DNA of 64,000 nt from Nemertoderma westbladi (lineage: Eukaryota > Animalia > Xenacoelomorpha). A program made the position numbers and the translations under genes. Positions 63,201 through 64,000 of this stretch are shown piece by piece (within the stretch, counting starts at the first letter, position 1; each line of letters opens with the position of its first letter). The notes below the pieces were generated by a model. It saw only the letters and a program-made list of their open reading frames with translations, was not told the origin of the DNA and made no database searches. The DNA lies in contig JAUCBJ010007063.1 of NCBI GenBank assembly GCA_032718475.1, forward strand, positions 1 through 64,000, given 5' to 3'.

Positions 63201-64000
63201 TAGATCGGTGGAGAGACGCTCATACTTGGTAAAGTATGATGGTATAGATCGGTGGAGAGACGCTCATAGCTGGTAAAGTATGAGGGTATAGATCGGTGGA
63301 GAGACGCTCATACCTGGTAAAGTATGAGGGTATAGATCGGTGGAGAGACGCTCATACCTGGTAAAGTATGAGGGTATAGATCGGTGGAGAGACGCTCATA
63401 GCTGGTAAAGTATGTGGGTATAGATCGGTGGAGAGACGCTCATACCTGGTTCTGTATGAGGGTATAGATCGGTGGAGAGACGCTCATACCTGGTAAAGTA
63501 TGTGGGTATAGATCGGTGGAGAGACGCTCATACCTGGTTCTGTATGAGGGTATAGATCGGTGGAGAGACACTCATACCTGGTTCTGTATGATGGTATAGA
63601 TCGGTGGAGAGACGCTCATACCTGGTAAAGTATGAGGGTATAGATTGGTGGAGAGACGCTCATACCTGGTTCTGTATGAGGGTATAGATCGGTGGAGAGA
63701 CGCTCATACCTGGTAAAGTATGAGGGTATAGATCGGTGGAGAGACGCTCATACCTGGTTCTGTATGAGGGTATAGATCGGTGGAGAGACGCTCATACCTG
63801 GTTCTGTATGAGGGTATAGATCGGTTGAGAGACACTCATACCTGGTTCTGTATGATGGTATAGATTGGTGGAGAGACGCTCATACCTGATTCTGTATGAG
63901 GGTATAGATCGGTGGAGAGACGCTCATACTTGGTAAAGTATGATGGTATAGATCGGTGGAGAGACGCTCATACCTGGTTCTGTATGAGGGTATAGATCGG
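60294..64000 (+). repeat. 44-bp satellite, right arm (continues past the window end)
   Basis: Same unit, resuming in register after the TSD. Confidence 0.98.

Noticed and set aside
44089-64000. CRISPR-like appearance of the palindromic 44-bp repeats
   Set aside because: There are no unique spacers and no cas genes, and the context is eukaryotic.

Overview
Eukaryotic, most likely invertebrate animal, genomic DNA. 1-5.3 kb: non-autonomous DNA transposons (piggyBac-like, and Kolobok-like with TTAA target sites), dyad-motif arrays and a 33-bp minisatellite. 5.4-17.1 kb: two minus-strand exons of a giant cadherin gene (a 205-bp exon and an ~11-kb exon with roughly 30 EC repeats). 17.1-64 kb appears to be one >47-kb intron of that gene, filled by two abutting satellites (59-bp and 44-bp units). 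Each satellite carries a very young LTR retrotransposon: a 16.1-kb BEL/Pao element (19369-35478, TSD CATAC) and a 5.5-kb Gypsy/Mag-like element (54828-60293, TSD GTATA). The BEL/Pao element is the most unusual object. It has no tRNA-type PBS, but the 11 nt after its 5' LTR are the exact reverse complement of an 11-mer inside the LTR, the layout of Tf1-style self-priming. Between pol and the 3' LTR it also carries a cluster of RNA hairpins, two of them duplicated with compensatory base changes, followed by non-env accessory ORFs that encode a zinc-knuckle protein with an Arg/Lys-rich tail. All calls were made by eye; no searches or folding programs were run.
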